From positions 11,248,161 to 11,312,160 of the forward strand of contig CAVNZM010000001.1 in the NCBI GenBank assembly GCA_963693365.1: 64,000 nucleotides of DNA, in the 5' to 3' direction. This document shows positions 27,075-63,199 of the stretch, in pieces. Position numbers and translations under genes: made by a program. This DNA comes from Amoebidium appalachense. Taxonomy: Eukaryota > Protista > Ichthyosporea. The notes under the pieces are model-generated. The model searched no databases and was not told the DNA's origin. It was given only the letters and a program-made list of their open reading frames with translations. Position 1 is the first letter of the stretch. Each line of letters begins with the position of its first letter.

Positions 27075-28262
27075 GTTCGGTTCGTGTACTACACTCAGTT
27101 CCCACTATTATTACACAAGCTGAAGCCCACTAACAAAAAACTAGCAAGCGAGAAAACTTTTTGGCCCAGCAATATAGGCTGGGAGAGAGGTGTTTAGTTC
27201 GTTTTCTGTGTCAACGTCGACCGTCAAACAAACAGCGAAGTGGAGAAAAGTTCAAGAGAACTCAATCACAGGTGACGAAGCTCCAAGTCTATATATTTCA
27301 AAAAAAGATAAAATATCAAAAAAGATTCGTTCTTCGGAGTGAAGACTATCAAAGCAAAGTTCACGGTTTAAAACGCCACACTTTGTAATTATTTGGTTGT
27401 TTGGGAACACAAGTAGAAGCAGGTAAAAAAAAGTTAAATACTCTGTATTTCTCGAGTACTGTGACAATGGGAAACAACTTCAGGTGGGAAAAAAGACATC
27501 TTACAAGGAGCAGCAACAGGCGGTCGATTGTGATACTTCAACTTCGCAATTTTAGAAAGGTTTACATTTTCTTAGCACTTCATCCAGGCATGCACCGGGC
27601 ATAAGGCTCAGCGAACCAGCTGAATATTAACCAATCAAAATGCGTTTAAATGTTAGATCCACGATTTCTTAACCACATAAGACTACATTATCACGGCTAT
27701 ATGTCGGCAGGTCTTCTCAGGGTGGCTCAGCAAAAGAATTTAAACCTTTAACTAACCCAATAATAAAGTGTTTTTAAGCTTTAGGCTATAAAATAATATT
27801 ATATAGACCTTATATCACACCTTTCTATCACCATAAAATCTGGATTAACCCGGTGAACCAATCAGACGTAGGGTAACTGCATTTTTCGTTTTGTCCCCCG
27901 CAGCTCAGCGGCAGCGCTCAAGCCGGAAAACTGCAAAAAGGTGCAACAGACGGCTGAGACCATTGCTGAGACCAGCTTGATGTAAGCGTAGAAGCGGCAA
28001 CACTGAATTGAATAGGCAAGCCTTGTACTTTAAAGTACGCTCTTCACTTTTCTCCATTGCACTTCCTTTTTCATTTATGCTGCTGACCAATAGCATCTCC
28101 TGCTTGGCTTTCTTTCGGACACCAACTGGTTGTTCTAGAGTTGAACCTTTCATGCTTTCAATTACCGAATACGTCGATGATTGGTAGGTCGATGACTTGA
28201 ATAACTCACAGAGCGCGTGTTGTAAGCCTAGCATTTGTTCGAAAACCACGCAAAGCGAAAAA
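27075..28262. promoter_or_regulatory. Probable bidirectional promoter/5' UTR region between the divergent ArfGAP and tomosyn genes
   Basis: Start codons point away from each other 1.19 kb apart. The region is AT-rich, free of microsatellites, and has AACCAATCA (CCAAT-box-like) at ~27629 and ~27857. Confidence 0.6.
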
Positions 28263-50193
<21,931 letters not shown>

Positions 50194-50564
50194 TGTGTTC
50201 AGCCTCCAGCCAGCAAGGGGATTGCAACATTCAGTCTAAGGTATCTAGGTTTCTTACCTTCAATAGGCATGTATTTACATTTTATTTTACTTTAATGTCC
50301 CTGCCAGTCTATTTTTTTGATGTCGAAGTATTGCGAATATATGCCAGTTTTCCCAAAAGACTATCGACAAAAATGGTTGATCAAAGCAAAATTGAGCATT
50401 TACTTGTGCCTTTACAAGTGTAGTTAGGTACTTCAGGCAGGGGTGTTACAGTGCCGTTGCTTGTGATTGTTGTTGAGTTATTAAGTATGAGGTTCTGAGG
50501 GGCTAGGGGAAGGTGGGTGTTTTTGTTGTTGTTGTTGTGTGTTTGTGGTGGTGGTCGTGGCGGT

Positions 50565-50609
<45 letters not shown>

Positions 50610-50618
50610 GGGGGGGGG

Positions 50619-50658
<40 letters not shown>

Positions 50659-51150
50659 GGCTGGATGTCTGTATGTTTGTATGTATCGGATGTAAATGCT
50701 TGGCCGTGCTAAATGCCTTCGTGCCTATAGGTCGACAATGTTGCCAGCAACGGGTACAGATGTGTTTCCGTGGCATTAATACCTGACAGTCAGGAAGTAG
50801 GCCAATCGTGAAATCATGAGATTTCGTGGTGGAAATTATTTCAGTCGTAATAGGACCCCTGTATGTATCTAGGCCTGGGGTCTAGCTATAGATTATTTTT
50901 AGTGTGTAACCCATGCTCGTGTTATCAATGTGTATACTAAATCATTTTAAAAATATATTAAAATTCTTTCGTTCAGAAACCAGCCGGGGTGTGCCTATCA
51001 GGATCGAATGTTTTGTTGTTCGGCTGCACGGTCTGTTGTTCGGAGGTAAAAGGGGAGGTGGGCAGCGTGGGGAGATGGTGTGTACGTGCCTGCTCTTGTG
51101 TGAGTTTGGTTGAAAAGACTGTATTCAGAAAGGGCGGAGGGGAGGAGGAC

Positions 51151-51839
51151 CAAGGCATAGCCGGTCTAGACCGGACCGACGGCTCGGACCGGTCCTGGGG
51201 TCGGACCGGACCGGACCGGTCCTCACTTTTGAGGACCGGTGTATTCAGCACTTCTTTTTTCGTTGTTTTCTTGTGTTTTCCTTGTTATGACTATGCCCAG
51301 TGTCAACCCGGCTCTCTCGGCCCTTTCCTTATCCTCTTCCCTCTCCTCCCGCCCTCTACACTCTCTTCTCCACTCTCTTTCCTCTCTTTCCACACACACG
51401 CACGCTTGCTCTTTCAGATCTCGATGCACCCATAACATATGTAGCTCGACAGGAAAGATCTCTGAAATGAGCAGGCAAGACTCAGCCACGTAATGAACTG
51501 AGTGGGCCAGTGTGTGTCCGTATGCTCATACTTGCTGCAAACGGATATGAAGGGAGGAGAATCCCTGTTGTTGTGCTAGACAGCGCTAACTCTGGCTGTA
51601 GTGGCAACCAGGCATAGGGGAAGGAGACTGAGCTCGAGGGGGAGGGGGGGGGGGGGAGGGGGGGGGGAAGTAAGGTGGGAAAAGGGGGGGCGGGGGGGGA
51701 TGGGCAAGCTGGAGAGCTGCCAGGGGCACGGGAGGGGGGGAGGTAGGGGGCGAGGGGGGGGGGGGAGGGGTCCAGGGGAGGGGGTTATACAGAGGGAGCT
51801 CGAGAGGGAGTTAACATATGCTCGGAGAGGTGAGGTGAG

Positions 51840-51872
<33 letters not shown>

Positions 51873-52033
51873 GAAGGGCCGTGGGAGGGTCGGACGGGGA
51901 GGGGAAGGGAGGGGGGGGGGGGAAGGGGGGGGGGAAGGGGGGGGGCAAAAAGGACCGAACTCGGACCGGGACCGGACCGCCAAAATGGCAGACCGAGCCG
52001 GACCGGACCGACAGGGGGGTGAGCAATGCCTTG
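51151..52033. mobile_element. Non-autonomous hAT-like DNA transposon (MITE)
   Basis: TIRs CAAGGCATAGC and GCAATGCCTTG; imperfect 8-bp flanks AGGAGGAC and GGTAGGAC (6/8); subterminal (C)GGACC arrays at both ends; no ORF. Confidence 0.65.
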
Positions 52034-52945
52034 GGTAGGACACGTTCAGGGGAATAGCCTATTGTCAACGTGACAGCTGAAAGGGACGGTCTTATGGGGG
52101 GTTGGTGTGGGTGGGTGTGGGTGGGCGGGTGGATGGGTGGGTGTGGGTGTGTGTGGGTGTGTGGGTGTGTGTGTGTGTGTGGGTGTGTGTGTGCAGTGTG
52201 TGTGTGTGTGTGTGCGTGTGTGTGTATGCGTGTGTGTGTGTGTGGAGGGAGGGGGGGTGGGGGGGGGGGGATCGCATCACGCCGCGTGCGTGTGAATGTG
52301 CTATACTGCATGAGAGTGGGTGTTCATCGGTGGGCGTTTAGGTGAGGGGTCGTATTGTGGGTACGTTCCCTTAGCTCATCATGCTTGACTCGCGAGGAGT
52401 GATTTCTCTGCAGCTGCCCGCTTAATCTGCCAATCCTCTTTGGACTGGCTCTTCTTTATTTTTCCGATATTCTTCACCACCCCTCTTGGGTAAGACTGCA
52501 TTGTTGTCCCATTCAAGTTCATCTCTTCATGTTTCGTGACTTGCAACCCCGTTGCCTCGAGACCCTGGCCCGGGCCGGGTCCCAAGGTGGAGGTAGTCTA
52601 TGACTACATACGTAATCTTTGTGTTTTAGACTATTCATTAGCTAGTTTGATACATGTGTGACGTCATTTACTATTCGTTTTGGCGGGAAATATTCAGGAT
52701 CGATGATGTCATCATTTGTGTCCAAGCCCACATATAAAAGCTGACTGAGCGTTCAGGTGGGCCGTTCTATGATACGGCCGGGTTTGCACACACACTCGTC
52801 GTGCAGATTTCAGTGTGGGCAGATCACCAATAGCACGTGTAGGGATCGGGCATACACAGGAGAGAGTACTCCTGATGCTTGATTGTGCGAAATACAGATT
52901 CAACTCAAACACAGTCCATGATCGCATCACAGGGGATCAAGCCAC

Positions 52946-53015
<70 letters not shown>

Positions 53016-53791
53016 CTGTTCCGCTTACCGTGGATACCTGATAGTGATCAATTAGGTGCAGCAACATAGTGCACAATCTGTATCTCTATGTGTCCATTTC
53101 GCACGCACCTTTGTTTTCTTCCATATTGGGTGCGTAGATTGCTTTACATGCATTGTACAGGCACATGAATGGACGGTGTAACACCTAAAAAATCAAATTG
53201 TGTCTTACGGTCTCAGCAGGAGTCGAAATGCATTATGTAAAGAGACCACAGATATAATTATAACACGTCCCTGCTGCAGGAGTTGCTTTGGTATACGAAG
53301 TTCAACTACCGCAGGGCTGGTGGTGGTGGTGGCGGTAATGGAGGTTAAAGGGAAGGGGGTGGAGGTTGGGCGGGGGGGGGGGGGGGGGGGGGGGGGCTGG
53401 CTGTCACGGGCGGCACCAATCCATTTCTGCAATTAGTCTAGGCCGACTCGGAATATCCGACTCTCAAGACAAAGCCATTTGAGTGTTGAGAGCTCAAGCA
53501 ATGGAACTTGTTTCTGAATACAGTAACTCTGGGGGCTAATCTGAAACCATGACATACTTGAGTGATTTTCCAGCCTTCTTTCACAAAAGGCACTGTAATC
53601 AACCAACAAACCAACCCCCCCCCCCCCCCTCTCCCCCCCCCGTGCAAGTCTGTTTTCTTTATGTAGATGTATGAACATGCTAAAAACTGGACAAGAACTA
53701 AAAAAACCAATTGCAACATACATAGTAGATTACACACTGACAGTCCACATCTTGGACTGGCACGAAAATGCAAGTGAGCCCCCTGTTAACA

Positions 53792-53950
53792 GAATTACTC
53801 AGTAAACATGCAATGCGGGAGTCACCTAGTGCAAAAATAACTCTCTGCAAAACTTTCTGTCAAATAAACCGAATTACTCAGTAAATATGCAATGTGGGAG
53901 TTATCTAGTGCAAAAATAACCCTCTGCAAAACTTTCTGTCAAATAAACCG
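53792..53950. repeat. 79-bp tandem duplication (2 copies)
   Basis: GAATTACTCAGTAAA...CTCTGCAAAACTTTCTGTCAAATAAACC starts at 53792 and again at 53871. Confidence 0.9.
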
Positions 53951-55174
53951 AGGGGAGGGGGAACTGCCGTTCACTCGGGTGATCCAGGGCTGTAAAGGGA
54001 GAGGTTTGAGCGGGAAGAGGGGGGGGGGGGGGGGGGGGGGGAGGTGGGGGACTGACATGGCAGGGCTAGGGAAGTCCACCAAAGGTGACTGCTTTCGGGT
54101 CTCGGTTATAGCATTTAGTGCAGGGGGAAATGTCTTGAAACAGCCCGTGCCCTGCTGCTCCGTATCCCGAAGCATTTGCGCCTGACACTTCAACATTGAG
54201 AGATGTCCCATCAAAATAGCATATAGGCCGGAACATATGGCAGCAGGTGTTTGTGGAAGTAATTGTGAATATTGTGGGACACTTACTATATATATGGTTG
54301 AAAAAAGGACTAAAAAAATGGTGGTTGGTGGCTTGAAGATTCGCCTATGGTAGAAGTTCGACGTCCATCTGATAGAGCTGATGCCTGACTGCCTGCAGTT
54401 AAGGGGGCTTTTGGGTTTGGACCTTTTTGTTTTGTTCTTTATTATAAATGAGCACCTCTGCATTTTAACGGGTACCGGCCCTAAAAGATTTAACTTAAAG
54501 GAGCTCACGAACCATTATGAGTTCAAAAACTGTACAGGGTTGAAGGCTCATCCTAGCACTATAAGGCTACTTTTTTTAGTTTAATAAAAACTTTTTACTT
54601 GCACATTGAATGAGACCGATTACCAAAGTCTTAAACTTTGAGCTTTTGCCCAATCATCACATCTATTTAATTCCCCGCAGCCCGCCACTGGTAAACAATT
54701 GTAAGTTTACATTTTCTACATAGATTTAGGGATTGAACTTTTTTGGGTGTGGCCCGCGGGATTGAGGGGGGGGGGAGTTCGAGGGGGTGGGGAGGGGGGA
54801 GGGCGGAGGGGAGGGGGGGGGGGGAGGGTCCTCAACACGGTGCCCACTGTAGCTCCAGGGGCTGGGGACGAGATAGAGGGATTATGATGGTCTCCAAGTG
54901 CACAAACATTCCTCTGAAGGAGGTTCCTACGTGTCTACACAGACTCTGAAGGTCTCTCCCGTCTACTTTTATGATATCCTTTTCTGGCTCAAGGGATATG
55001 TCTGATCTGAAGGTTACTAAGTTAGTGCATGCGCACGCATGCATGTGTGTGTGTGTGTTGAACACGTGCGCAAGTGTGTGCCAGTGTGTGTGTGTGTGCG
55101 TGTGTGTGGTCTGTGTGTGTGTGTGTGCGTGTGTTCATGTGTGTGTGTGTGTGTGTGTGTGTGTTCGCGCGCGC

Positions 55175-55258
<84 letters not shown>

Positions 55259-57309
55259 ACAGTGTGAGTGTATGTGTGTTTGTGTATATAGATGGGTGGC
55301 TGGGTGGGCGGTTGGATCCCCCCCCCCCCCCCCCCCCTCTTCCCCTCTCTCCCACTCCTCGATTCGTCTGTGGATGAACTGCCCCCCCTCCCCCCCTTCC
55401 CCCTCCCCCCACCCACCCACCGACCCATCCCCTCACCCCCCACCCCGCCCCCACCCACCCCCAACACCTTCCCTAACACCTTCTCCAACAATTAACAAAA
55501 AAGAAAAAGAAGAAAGAATATGTACAGTCGAAAAGCCGGGGCACATATTTATCTCACACTCTACCCATACACACTAACTCCCCCCCCCCCCCCCCCCACC
55601 CCCCACCCCCTCCCCTTCTGCCCCCCTCCCACCCCTTCTCCCCCCCCTCCCCCCCAATCATAAAAAAAAATGGGAGGGGGGAGGGGGGGAGGGGGGGGGG
55701 GGGAGAAGGGGGGGGGAGGGGGGGGGGGAAGCAATTGCAAGACTGAACAAATACCTACACATAGGGGGGCCGTGCGCATGTGTGTGCGCGCGCCACGTGT
55801 GCGGCAAGCAGGTCCTGGATGTGTTTTGCATATTAGGGTTTTCAGCTTTTTTATATACCCCATCCATGATCTCGTACCGTAGCTACTAGAAGTAGGGAGA
55901 AGATTAGCTGGCGCACAGGCAAGTAAAAGTGTTTGTTGGCAGCAGCTAGCAAAAAGGGGTACGATTTTATAGTCTGGAAGAGATATTGGTCACCGTCAAA
56001 GGAAGGGAGCGAGTATCTTCATATTTTGTGCAAATAACATGCCGAGTATGAAAGGTTGTGTTAAAGGGGGGAGGGGGGGGGGGGGGGGGGGGGAGGGGTG
56101 GGGGGGGAGGCTCTTAGCCAAAATGGGAATGTTCCAAGCTAATGGCTTATCGGTTGGCAGATTCCTTCACACTAACATTCACATGTTAGAACAGCACGAA
56201 AATACAAATGAGCCCCCTGTTAATAATCACTTGGTAAATGCGCAACATGGGAGTTATTCGATTATAAACAGACCCTCTGCATAACTTTCCTGCCAAAAAA
56301 CAGGGGGGGGGGGGGGGGGGGGGGGGGGAGGGGAGGGGGGGGGGAGGGGGGGGGGGGGGGGGGGGGGGAGGGGGGAGAGGGAGAATGGGCGGCTGGATAT
56401 GGCTAAACCACCATATCTTACTGCTTCCGGGTCTGGCTTTTGCATTTAGGGCAGGGGCGAAACCTCCCTGATGTTTCTGCTCCGCATCCCGAAGCATTTT
56501 GTTCTTACACAGTCGGTTTTGACATACACTTTCAGTCCCAACCATGCATTCAGAGACATTGCCCCGTGCACCCCAAACTGCATATAGTCCGGACAACGTG
56601 GGAACAGGCTTTCCCGGAGGTGATTGTGATTGTGGGACGCTCACTATGTATACGTTAAAAGAGGAAAATGTGATAGCTTGATGGTTGATGGCTTGAAGAA
56701 GAAGATTCACCGGATACGAGAATTTGTGGTATACCGTATGAGCATGTGTGAGCATATGGGCACACATTTCTACTTTTATTGATTTTATGAAAATTTCTTT
56801 TTTGCATCATAGAATTCCGGTGCCACAGTTAAACATGCATCCCATAGAGCTAGTACTTGACTGTCTCATAGCAGCGTGTTACGGGGGGTCCGAAACCATT
56901 TTCGCAAAACTTGTGCGCTCTTCCACGGAGACCAGCTTGTAAGGGGGGCTTCCTTCATTTTAGCTCTAATCAAAAATAAACCTGAGCTATTCTTTAAATC
57001 ATCAAAATCGTTCAACCTCCCACACCTCCTCTGGTGAACGTAAGTTGAGAATTGACCCTATTAGGTATTTAAAACTGTTCGAATAGTCATCCGGGGGGGA
57101 GGGGGAGGGTCCTTCAATGCAAATCTAAAGAATCCGGGGGGTTGGGGGGGGGGGGAGGGGGGGGGAGGGGGGGCAGATGGTGGGAAGGTGCACCGAAGCA
57201 GGACCATTATGAAGCAGGTTCACTTGGGTGCCTACAGCAATATGTACAGATGGAAGCTCCCTCCCTTCGTCTAGATCTACTTCTATATCAGCGTCTGGCT
57301 CATGGGATA

Positions 57310-57367
57310 CTATATATACTATGATATATATCATATGATATATATATCATATACTATATATATATTA

Positions 57368-57428
<61 letters not shown>
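57310..57428. repeat. (TA)n microsatellite
   Basis: Directly visible; the only long TA run in the window. Confidence 0.9.
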
Positions 57429-57430
<2 letters not shown>

Positions 57431-57574
57431 ATGTCTGATTTACTAAGGTTAGTGCATGGGCATGCGCGCGTGTATGTGTGCTTATGTGTGTGGGCTTATG
57501 TGCATGCATGTGTGTGTATATCATGTCTGTGTGTGTGCGGCATGTGGATTTGTGTGTGTATATTTGTTTGTGAC

Positions 57575-57694
<120 letters not shown>

Positions 57695-58632
57695 ACGCGC
57701 GTGCGTGCGTGCGTGCGTGCGTGCGCATGCGCTTGTGTGTGCACGTGTGCGTGTGTGTGTATGTAGGCACGTGTGTTTGTACCAGTGTGCCACGGCGTGT
57801 GCCTGTGTGTGTGTGTGTAGATCGGCGTGGTTGGGCGGTTAGAGCTGCCTTGCCTCCCCCCCCCCCTCCCTTCACACTCCGGGATCGGTCGATGGGTGGG
57901 CTACGCCCCTCTTCGCCACCAAACCCTCTCTCCGCCGGAATATCGCCACAAAACAATAACACAACAACAACTGCACACAACAAAAACTTGGGGGGGAACT
58001 CCCCAAAACAACAACAACTTGCACACACAAAACAAAGGAAAAAGGTCTCTAGCCGGCTTTTTAATCCACCTTCAAGTTGCCGGGGGGGGGGGGGGGGGGG
58101 GGGGGGGAGGGAGAGAAAAAGAGGGGGGGGGGGCATTTCTCTCGTCTCAGTGTATGTCTTTTTTTATTTGTTTATTTTATTTAAAATATCCCGCTTTGTT
58201 CCCAGGGATGCCTTTAGGGGTCGGACTCCCTCATGGGCACTTGTTCTTCCGGGCTTCCACTGATTAGGCACCGCGGCCGACTGTACCCTAGCCAGGGTGG
58301 TAATATGATGCATTCAGCTAGGCGTGTACACACCTTTACTAATTCTAACTAGTAACAATATTACAATATTAGCCCAGGGTTTTTGCCCCAGCCTCGCTAG
58401 TGCGGGGTCTATTTAATAGAGTAAATATCTTTCAGCCTTTTTTATTTGGATGGCAGAATGTTTTCTCTCTGGATACAGGCTCTGAGGCATGTTACGTGCA
58501 GCATATGTAATGGCACACGACAAGCAACACCGATTGTTACATCTGCTTGCTAGCCTAGCCATCCTTCTGGCCCAATCGTGTTTTCTCAGAGAAGCCCAAG
58601 GCCTCTATTGTATAACGCCGATTTGAAGTGCT

Positions 58633-58672
<40 letters not shown>

Positions 58673-59195
58673 CGGGAAAAAAGGCTGGGGAGCGCCGGGG
58701 GGGGGGGGGGGGGGGGGGGGCGCCGGGGGGCGGGGGGGGGGGGGAGGGGAGGGGGGGGGGGGGGTAAGGCAGGCAGTGTGGTATGAGTGGATGAATGAAT
58801 TGGGGTGAATTTTGATGTGTAGCTGTGTGTGCACGTGTATGTGCTGAAGTCTGACGTGTGTGTGTTTATGGCTTGAGGGCGAGGCTGGTGCATATGGGAT
58901 GGTACGCAGTTTTGCCCGCCAAAATTTGAAAATTTTAGGTGCTGCGCAAACCAATCAGATGTAAATGCGCTGACACTGACGTCACTTCCTGATAAAACAA
59001 AAAAATGCATCTTCGTATTTACTCAACATTTATCTAAAAATGACTTCTTCAAAATTTATAAAACCCCCATAAAAGTGTTTATAAAACTTAATTGCATCAG
59101 CTATAAACCCCTCTAATGATGTTTGTTTGTAATTTAAATCCAGGGCTTCAAATCGACACCATTGCTCGCTTTGTTAGGTGTCAAGAATGATCAAG

Positions 59196-59508
59196 CAGGG
59201 GTGTGGCGACTTGACTTCAAGTCGCGATTTGAAGTCACCAAGCACCTGACTTCCACCAAGTCAAGTCAAGCCTTGAGGCTAGACATAGGAGTGACTTGAT
59301 GGGGGGAGGGGGGCTTAGGGCGGGGAAGCATAGGATGGTGGGTGAAAAGGTGGGGCGCAATGTCCGTCCGTGGCCCAGCTGCCCGGAGGAGTTACTAAAA
59401 ATAGTAATCTTCCAAGTCGCGACTTGTAAGTCAAGTCGAGTCATCAATATCAGCAAACAATTATAATTATAAGTCAAGTCAAGTCGTTGAGGCTCTGCCA
59501 CATCGATG
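59196..59508. mobile_element. Small hAT-like MITE remnant with GACTT/AAGTC subterminal repeats
   Basis: Left CAGGGGTGTGGCGACTTGACTT vs right AAGTCAAGTCG[ttgaggctct]GCCACATCGATG; flanks TGATCAAG and GCATCAAG (6/8). Confidence 0.5.
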
Positions 59509-60150
59509 GCATCAAGGCCGTGTTTACGTTTCGGTCACGCATGATGAAGTATGACGTCGGGGGAAAAAACGCAGGCATAAAAACGGAGGTGTCAGAGCTG
59601 GTTTGGTCAGAAAAAGGCAGGAAAAGGTGAATGGATGTAGATAGAAACAGAAGGTGTGTGTGTGCATGCGTGTGTGTGTGTGTGTGCGTGCGTATGTGCG
59701 CGTGTGTGTGTTCTCATCGGTGTGGTTTCTATGCCTGGTGTGGTTTCTAGGCCTGCATGCCTGGGCCGTGGTCTGTATGTGTGAGTGTGTATGTGCGCGT
59801 GTGTGTGCAGGGTGCGTGTGTGCATGCGTCAGTGTATATGCGTCTCCGTGTGGCGGGCATGTCTTCTACTTCATATGCATGTATATGCGTGTATAAATGT
59901 TTGCTTTTGGGTATGCTTTCGGGGGTCGATGCAGTTGGCGTGTGTGCATTTCTGCATGTTGCCCTTTTGCCATCTGCTGATGTGTCGTGTCATGGAGCTT
60001 GAGTATGGGATATCGAAAGCGTATTCGGAAGAGCGGAGCGGAGGCCGACCTAACCCAGCAGAAAGTTTCTAGAAAACGCTTTTTCTTGTATTGAAGATGA
60101 TCTTCATGTTCTCACACACGTGTTTACAGGGACTATAAGTTCTTACGAAG

Positions 60151-62235
60151 ATGCTATCTGCCAGTTCCTCGATTAGGTAAGCCCCCTCCTGCCCCCCCTC
60201 CCCACCCCTCCGACCCCTCCCCCCTCCTCCTTCCCCCCCCCCCCCCCCCCCCCCCCCAAACACACGCTATCCCCTTCCTCTCCAGATCTTCAACTGGGGT
60301 TTACGCTGTTTACTCGTGTACATACCCCTTGTCTCTTCTACACTTCCGCTTTGCAATCCTCCTTCCTACTGTCCCCCTCCCTCCCCCCCCTCCCTCCCTC
60401 CCCCCTCCCCACCCCCCCTCCCCCCTTCCGGCACCCCACACCCCTGGGGCGCCTATTTGGCTTCTTATCAACGAAATGGCTTTATATTGTTTCTGATTAT
60501 GTCTTTTTGCCATGGGCACACCGCAGTTTGTGTCATCCTATTCCTGTGGTCTTCTTTTTCTAGGGAACTGTCTCCCGCTCCCCCCCCCCCCCCCCCCCCC
60601 CCCCGCCCCCTCCCCCCCGGACACTCCTTTGCAGTTTGCGTCATCCTTTTTCTGTGGTCGTCTATTTTCTACTTGAAGTGTCCCCCCTCTCCCCCCCTCC
60701 CCCCCCCCTCCCCCCCACTCTCCCCCCACACCCCTTCGCTGAACAAAATTATTGAAGCCCCCCCCCCCCCCCCCCCCCCCCTTTCTAGATTCAATTTTGT
60801 CCCCCTCTCCCCCTCGCCTCCAACACACATCCACCCACGCAAGGATTGGGCACTGACATCCTCCCCCTCCCCCTCCCCCCTCCCCCCCCCCCTCCCCTTC
60901 CTCCCGTCCCCTCCCCCCCCCCCCCCCCCCCCTTCCCTCCCGTCCCCTCTCCCCTCTCCCCCCCCCCCCCCCCACACACACACAGGCTGGGCCTAGCGCA
61001 CACAGCAGCCAAAGGTGCCTTGGCCTATACTGCTCGTAGGGGATTTTCCTCAGCCACCGAGCCATTGACATATAAGGACTATCCGTATGTTTATGCCTCC
61101 CCCCCCCCCCCCCTCCCCCCCCTCTCCCAAACACACACACACACACACAAAGGGGGGGGAAGGGGGGGGGGAAGAAAAATTGAAGTGCAATAGTTCTGGA
61201 TTGTTCCTACAGCATTATATGGCAGCCTTTATCGGTGGGCTTACCCCCCCCCCCCCCCCCCCCTTCCATTCTCTTCCCCCCCTTCCCCCCCCCCCCCCCC
61301 CCCCCCCCCAGGCCCGCGCCCCTCTCTTCCCCCCCTCCCTCCCATTCAACTGCTCCAATTCACCCACCTCTCCTACCTATTGTGGCCTGCTAACTTTCAA
61401 GGGAATATGGTCGGGTTGGCGTGCGAGCAGGAGAAGCCTGGGTTGGGTTAAATGTAGAGTCTTTTTTGTTTTGGCAGTATGTATGTGGGGGGGGGGGGGG
61501 GGAAGGCGGGGGGATATGGTGGTGGTGATAGGGGAGGGGGGGGGGGGGGAAGGGGGTGGGGGGTGGGAGGGAGGACCTCTGACACCTAGATGAAACGAGT
61601 AGAAGTGGTTGTGACTGGGGGACATGGCTTGTTGTAAAAAAAGTAAGGGGGGCTTTCTAAGAAGCCATTTATTGGACCCGGGTGGTTTTGGACTGTAGTT
61701 GGATAAGGGAAAAGGGTTGTTCCCGGGAGAGAGGGGGGGGGGGGGGAGGAGGGGTGGGTGTGTGGGGGGGGGAGAGAGGGGGGGGGGAGGGACAAGATTG
61801 TAGTGCACAAGGTGATAAGAGACTCGACCAGAATGAGAGGGGGGAGGAGAAGAACCGGAGTCCACTGCGCGGGGGGGGGGGGAGGGGGGGATTGATTGGG
61901 GGAGGTATTTAAGTTGGGTGGATATACTGGTGGTTAGGGTGGTCTTTTTTGTTTGAGGAGGGGGAGGGGGGGGGGGTAGAGTTTATGGAGAGTACGAGAG
62001 TTGGTGATTCGGTAATGGGTGGCGAGTAGTATGCGATTGGTTTACAAAACCCTTTTGTGAATGAATACACGTGAAAGATACTAACATAGCGTTTTGGTTT
62101 GTTTGCAGGTTTTTGAAGGAGCTTGGGATTGAAGAAGAGAACTATGGTGTGTTCCATGGCAAGTGGGGCGGTAGGGGGCCCACGGTGACGTCAGTGAATC
62201 CTGCGACGGGCAAGCCTATTGCAAGAGTCGTGGAG

Positions 62236-62266
<31 letters not shown>

Positions 62267-62332
62267 TGTGTGGATGTACTTGTGTGTGTGTGTGTGTTTG
62301 TGTGTTTGTGTGTGGGTGTGGTGTGGGTGTAC

Positions 62333-62407
<75 letters not shown>

Positions 62408-62965
62408 GAGGTGGGGGTGGGGTTGGGGTTGGGGGTGGGGGGTTACGTTTTTGCATCTTTCTTGTAGATGGGGGAGGGGGGGGGGGGGAGGGGGAGGCAA
62501 GTCAGGTGAATGCCGAGAGAAGAGGATGGGTGAAAGACTTCGGTGCTGTTTTGATTTCTTAATATATTAGTTATCAGGCATGGGATTGTAACAGCATCTT
62601 TTTGATGAACCGAGTATTGGTTGGCTATAGAATCATCATTTGGTGAAGGGGGAAGATGGGAGGAGGGGGGGAGGGGGGAGGGGAGAGGGAGGTTCGGCCC
62701 TGGATTGTTGGTTGAGGAACAGGAGGAAAGAAGGGGTTTCACTGTAGAAGGCCCCGGAGAGGAGGGGGGGGGGGGGGGATGTAGGTGTGGGTGGTGTCCA
62801 GAACGATTTTGGGAGTGTTGTGGTGTACCTGCGAAACGTCTGTGGGGAGGGCAAGGCAGAAATGACGAGAGGAAAGTGAATAAGAGATTCATGGGATTGT
62901 CATAAACGGTTGTGACGGTCCGGAAGTGGGGGGGGGAGGGGGGAGGGGGGAATGGGGTCACTGGT

Positions 62966-63011
<46 letters not shown>

Positions 63012-63165
63012 GGCCGGGGGGGGGGGGGGGGGGGGGGACGGGATGGGGGGGATGGAGGGGCGTAACCAACTCTGACGGTGTGTGTGCATGTGCACAGGGT
63101 ACGCTGGAAGACTACAACGAGACAGTCGAAAAGATGCTCAAAGCAAAGTCCGTCCTGGCTACGGT

Positions 63166-63199
<34 letters not shown>

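Larger units (their letters stand above)
53770..57480. repeat. Old tandem duplication, unit ~2.4 kb (about 53770-55060 vs 56200-57480)
   Basis: Same-order shared blocks: tgagccccctgttaa (53775/56209), gcatttag.gcagggg (54111/56442), tgctccg.atcccgaagcattt (54156/56478), gatgtctgat...ttagtgcatg (~55000-55030/57430-57458). Confidence 0.75.

Noticed and set aside
54974-54982. Second ATATCCTTT (U12 donor consensus)
   Set aside because: No plus-strand exon upstream and no matching branch site or AC found.
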